Source of the DNA: Camelus dromedarius
Lineage: Eukaryota
Assembly (NCBI RefSeq): GCF_036321535.1
Contig: NC_087437.1
Location: 81,098,001-81,162,000 of the forward strand
Reading direction: 5' to 3'
DNA length: 64,000 bases
Made by a program: the position numbers and the translations under genes. The notes under the pieces were generated by a model that saw nothing but the letters and a program-made list of their open reading frames with translations, was not told where the DNA came from and searched no databases. Shown here piece after piece: positions 61,776 to 64,000 of this stretch. Every line of letters begins with the position of its first letter. Position 1 is the first letter of the stretch.

Positions 61776-62573
61776 TCTGTTAGTTTTCTATTGCTATTAT
61801 AACAAATTACCACCAACTTGGTGGCTTAAGATATCACAGATATGCTATCTTACAGTTCTGTATGTCAGAACCCCAGAGTGGGTCTCTCTAGGCTAAAGTC
61901 AAGGCTGTGGGCAGAGTGCATTCCCTTTTGGAGGCTCTGAGGGGAGAATCTGTTTCCCTGCTTTTTGCAGGTTACAGAGGTGCTCACATTGCTCTGCTTC
62001 AAATCCAAAAAATAATACAAATGAGCATATATACAAAACAGACTCACAGACACAGGGAACAAACGTGTGGTTACCAAAGGGGAAAGGGAAGGGGGTAGGG
62101 GACTAAGAGATACAAACTGCTATGTATCAAATAGATGAGCAACAAGGCTATATTGTGCAGCACAGGGAATTATAGCTATTATTTTGTAATAACTTTTAAC
62201 GAAGTATAATCAGTAAAATGCTGAATCACTATACTGTATACCTGAAACTAATATAATATTATAAATCAACTATACTTCAATGAAAAAAAAAATCCAATAC
62301 CACTGGGCCAAGCACTGCTCACACCACATTGCTCTGGTGTCTTCTGCTTTCCTCCTCCACTTCTAAGGATCCTTGTGATTATATTCAGCCCACCTGGGTA
62401 ATCCAGGCTGCTGCCTGTATTTTAAAGAAAGGGGATCAACAATCTTAATTGTATCTGCAACCTTAATTCTCCTTTGTCATGTCACCTAACATCTTCACAG
62501 AGGAAGATGATTAGGTTAAATCTGGAGATGAGGATGTGGGCAATCTTTGAGGTCCATGGTTCTGCCTGGTACA
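61776..62573 (-). mobile_element. MaLR solo LTR (MLT1C/D-like) with nested L1 3' end
   Basis: tctgttagttttctattgct...ggaggctctgaggggagaatctgtttcc...taaggatccttgtgattatatt...ttctgcctggtaca; 5-bp TSD agctg / aactg. Confidence 0.88.
62009..62289 (+). mobile_element. L1 3'UTR with poly-A, nested in the MLT1 LTR
   Basis: aaaacagactcacagacac...ggttaccaaaggggaaaggg...aactatacttcaatg(A)n; TSD aaatccaa at 62001-62008 and 62290-62297. Confidence 0.92.
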
Positions 62574-64000
62574 AACTGTGTGTTTGAAGTTTGTGTCTCT
62601 AATCTATTCCCTTTCTGCCACCAATTTACTATGTGGTCATTCTTAATTCTGCTCATCTGTAAAACAGTAACAAAGTCTATTTTTCACAGATGAGCTGTGG
62701 GCGTGTTAGTGAATTCATAAAGTGATGAGTTGAAATCCCTTGGGTGCAAGGTGCTGCACAAGAGCAAAGAATTCTTTTTTTTTTTTTTTGTGGGAAAAAA
62801 GCATCACTTACAAGCTCTTCTCTTTAAAGGAAGATAGATAGTAGTGTTTGTTCAGTGGCGCCAAACTGTACCCAGACATTGTAACTTTCATTTTTGAAAC
62901 AAATACTAAGTGCCACTTTGACTCGTTCCACTTGTTTTGATGTATTTAAAAGATCCCACCATTGAAATGAGAAGCTGTTAATCATTCAGAAATACTCAAG
63001 TTAACATTTAGAGATATGTGGACTTACACTCCTACTAAATAATCATTTATAAGCATTTCTACATTTATTTTAATATCTATCTGATGTCTGTCTATCTGTC
63101 TATCTATCTATTTTAGTACTGACAGAGGCTTTTTCAAAAGTCACATTCTGGTCTTAAATGTAAAACTAAAAAACATAAAATATTCCCTTTTGCTATTTTG
63201 GAAGTTAAGATTCATATGAGATTTCCATAAAAATTTTGCTTCTGTAAGATCATGTAAGATTTTTATAGATTAATTGGAGGAGTAGAAAAAATAGTATTTT
63301 CCCAGGTGACTATCATTAACTATTAACAGCCACAAGAGTCCCACAATGATGTGTTAAAACACGAGCCACGTTATCTGCTAGATTCCCATACCCTTCTTTA
63401 CCCACATCATGAATATTCTCATTTCTGGTTTAAACATCCAGTTTTTCCTTTATTGATTTTATGTTCAGCTGTTGGTAATTTTGCAAATGTCCAATAAAGT
63501 AAAACATGAGAATTTTTTAACATTGAACCTTTATAGACTCATACTTTATAATGTTCTCTTGACATCTGAAAAGACTTTAATCAATGTCACCTGGGAAGGA
63601 AAAAGTTCCAGTCCATCAATTTTGTCGAGCAAGTTAAGGAGCTATTTTAGTATCCTTAAGACAAGAAAAGCTTAAATTGAAAAAAAAAAATCGTATGTAT
63701 TTATCACTGCCAGGAATTCTGATGAAAGAATTTGTCTTCCAACCAGGTGATAGGACTCCAGAGGGGTTTTAGAGGGCAAATTTCTTTACTCCGGTGTTCT
63801 CACAGCTGCTAACACTTACATTCACTGCCTTAAATAGCGTGTTTCTCACCCCCAGCCGTGGATCTCTCAGTCACTCACCCTGCGCCATCCTGCCTAGAGC
63901 CTCTCAGACTGATTCCTGCACTAGGGACGAGGGGGTCATAATACCACCAGCCCTGTAGATGCTCCGCCCTGGAGAGAGCTGGGGCTAGAATGTGAACATC

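Larger units (their letters stand above)
58617..64000 (+). other. ABI3BP: ABI3BP intron 2 (5' part)
   Basis: Starts GTAAGA after exon 2; no match found to the next exon (AEPKYLIVVRP...). Confidence 0.8.

Overview
Mammalian, AT-rich, repeat-dense genomic DNA, most likely from a camelid: it carries tRNA-Ala-derived SINEs resembling vic-1 and a cetartiodactyl-type young L1, and I saw no Alu, Bov-A/BovB or PRE-1. The only host coding sequence I can support is one 180-bp phase-1/phase-1 exon at 58437-58616 (+). It encodes (G)KKPNLKVHINTTSDSIFLKFLRPSPNVKLEGFLLGYGSNLSPNQYFPLPAEGKYTEAVV(D), which I recognise as exon 2 of ABI3BP (TARSH/NESHBP). The window is therefore most of the very long first intron, exon 2 and the start of intron 2; I did not find exon 1 or exon 3. 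The rest is transposon-derived (one young 5'-truncated ~3-kb L1 with TSDs, several L1 3' ends, five SINEs, MaLR LTRs, MER DNA transposons, MIR/L2) or unique intronic DNA. I found no convincing new biological system. The most interesting signals are a probable L1 3'-transduction carrying a DNA-transposon fragment, in-frame shortenings in the young L1 ORF2p, a recursive-splicing-like AG|GTAA start and an in-frame alternative donor at exon 2, and a duplication with a fold-back template-switch signature. Repeat family names come from recall of consensus sequences, and boundaries of old repeats are approximate.
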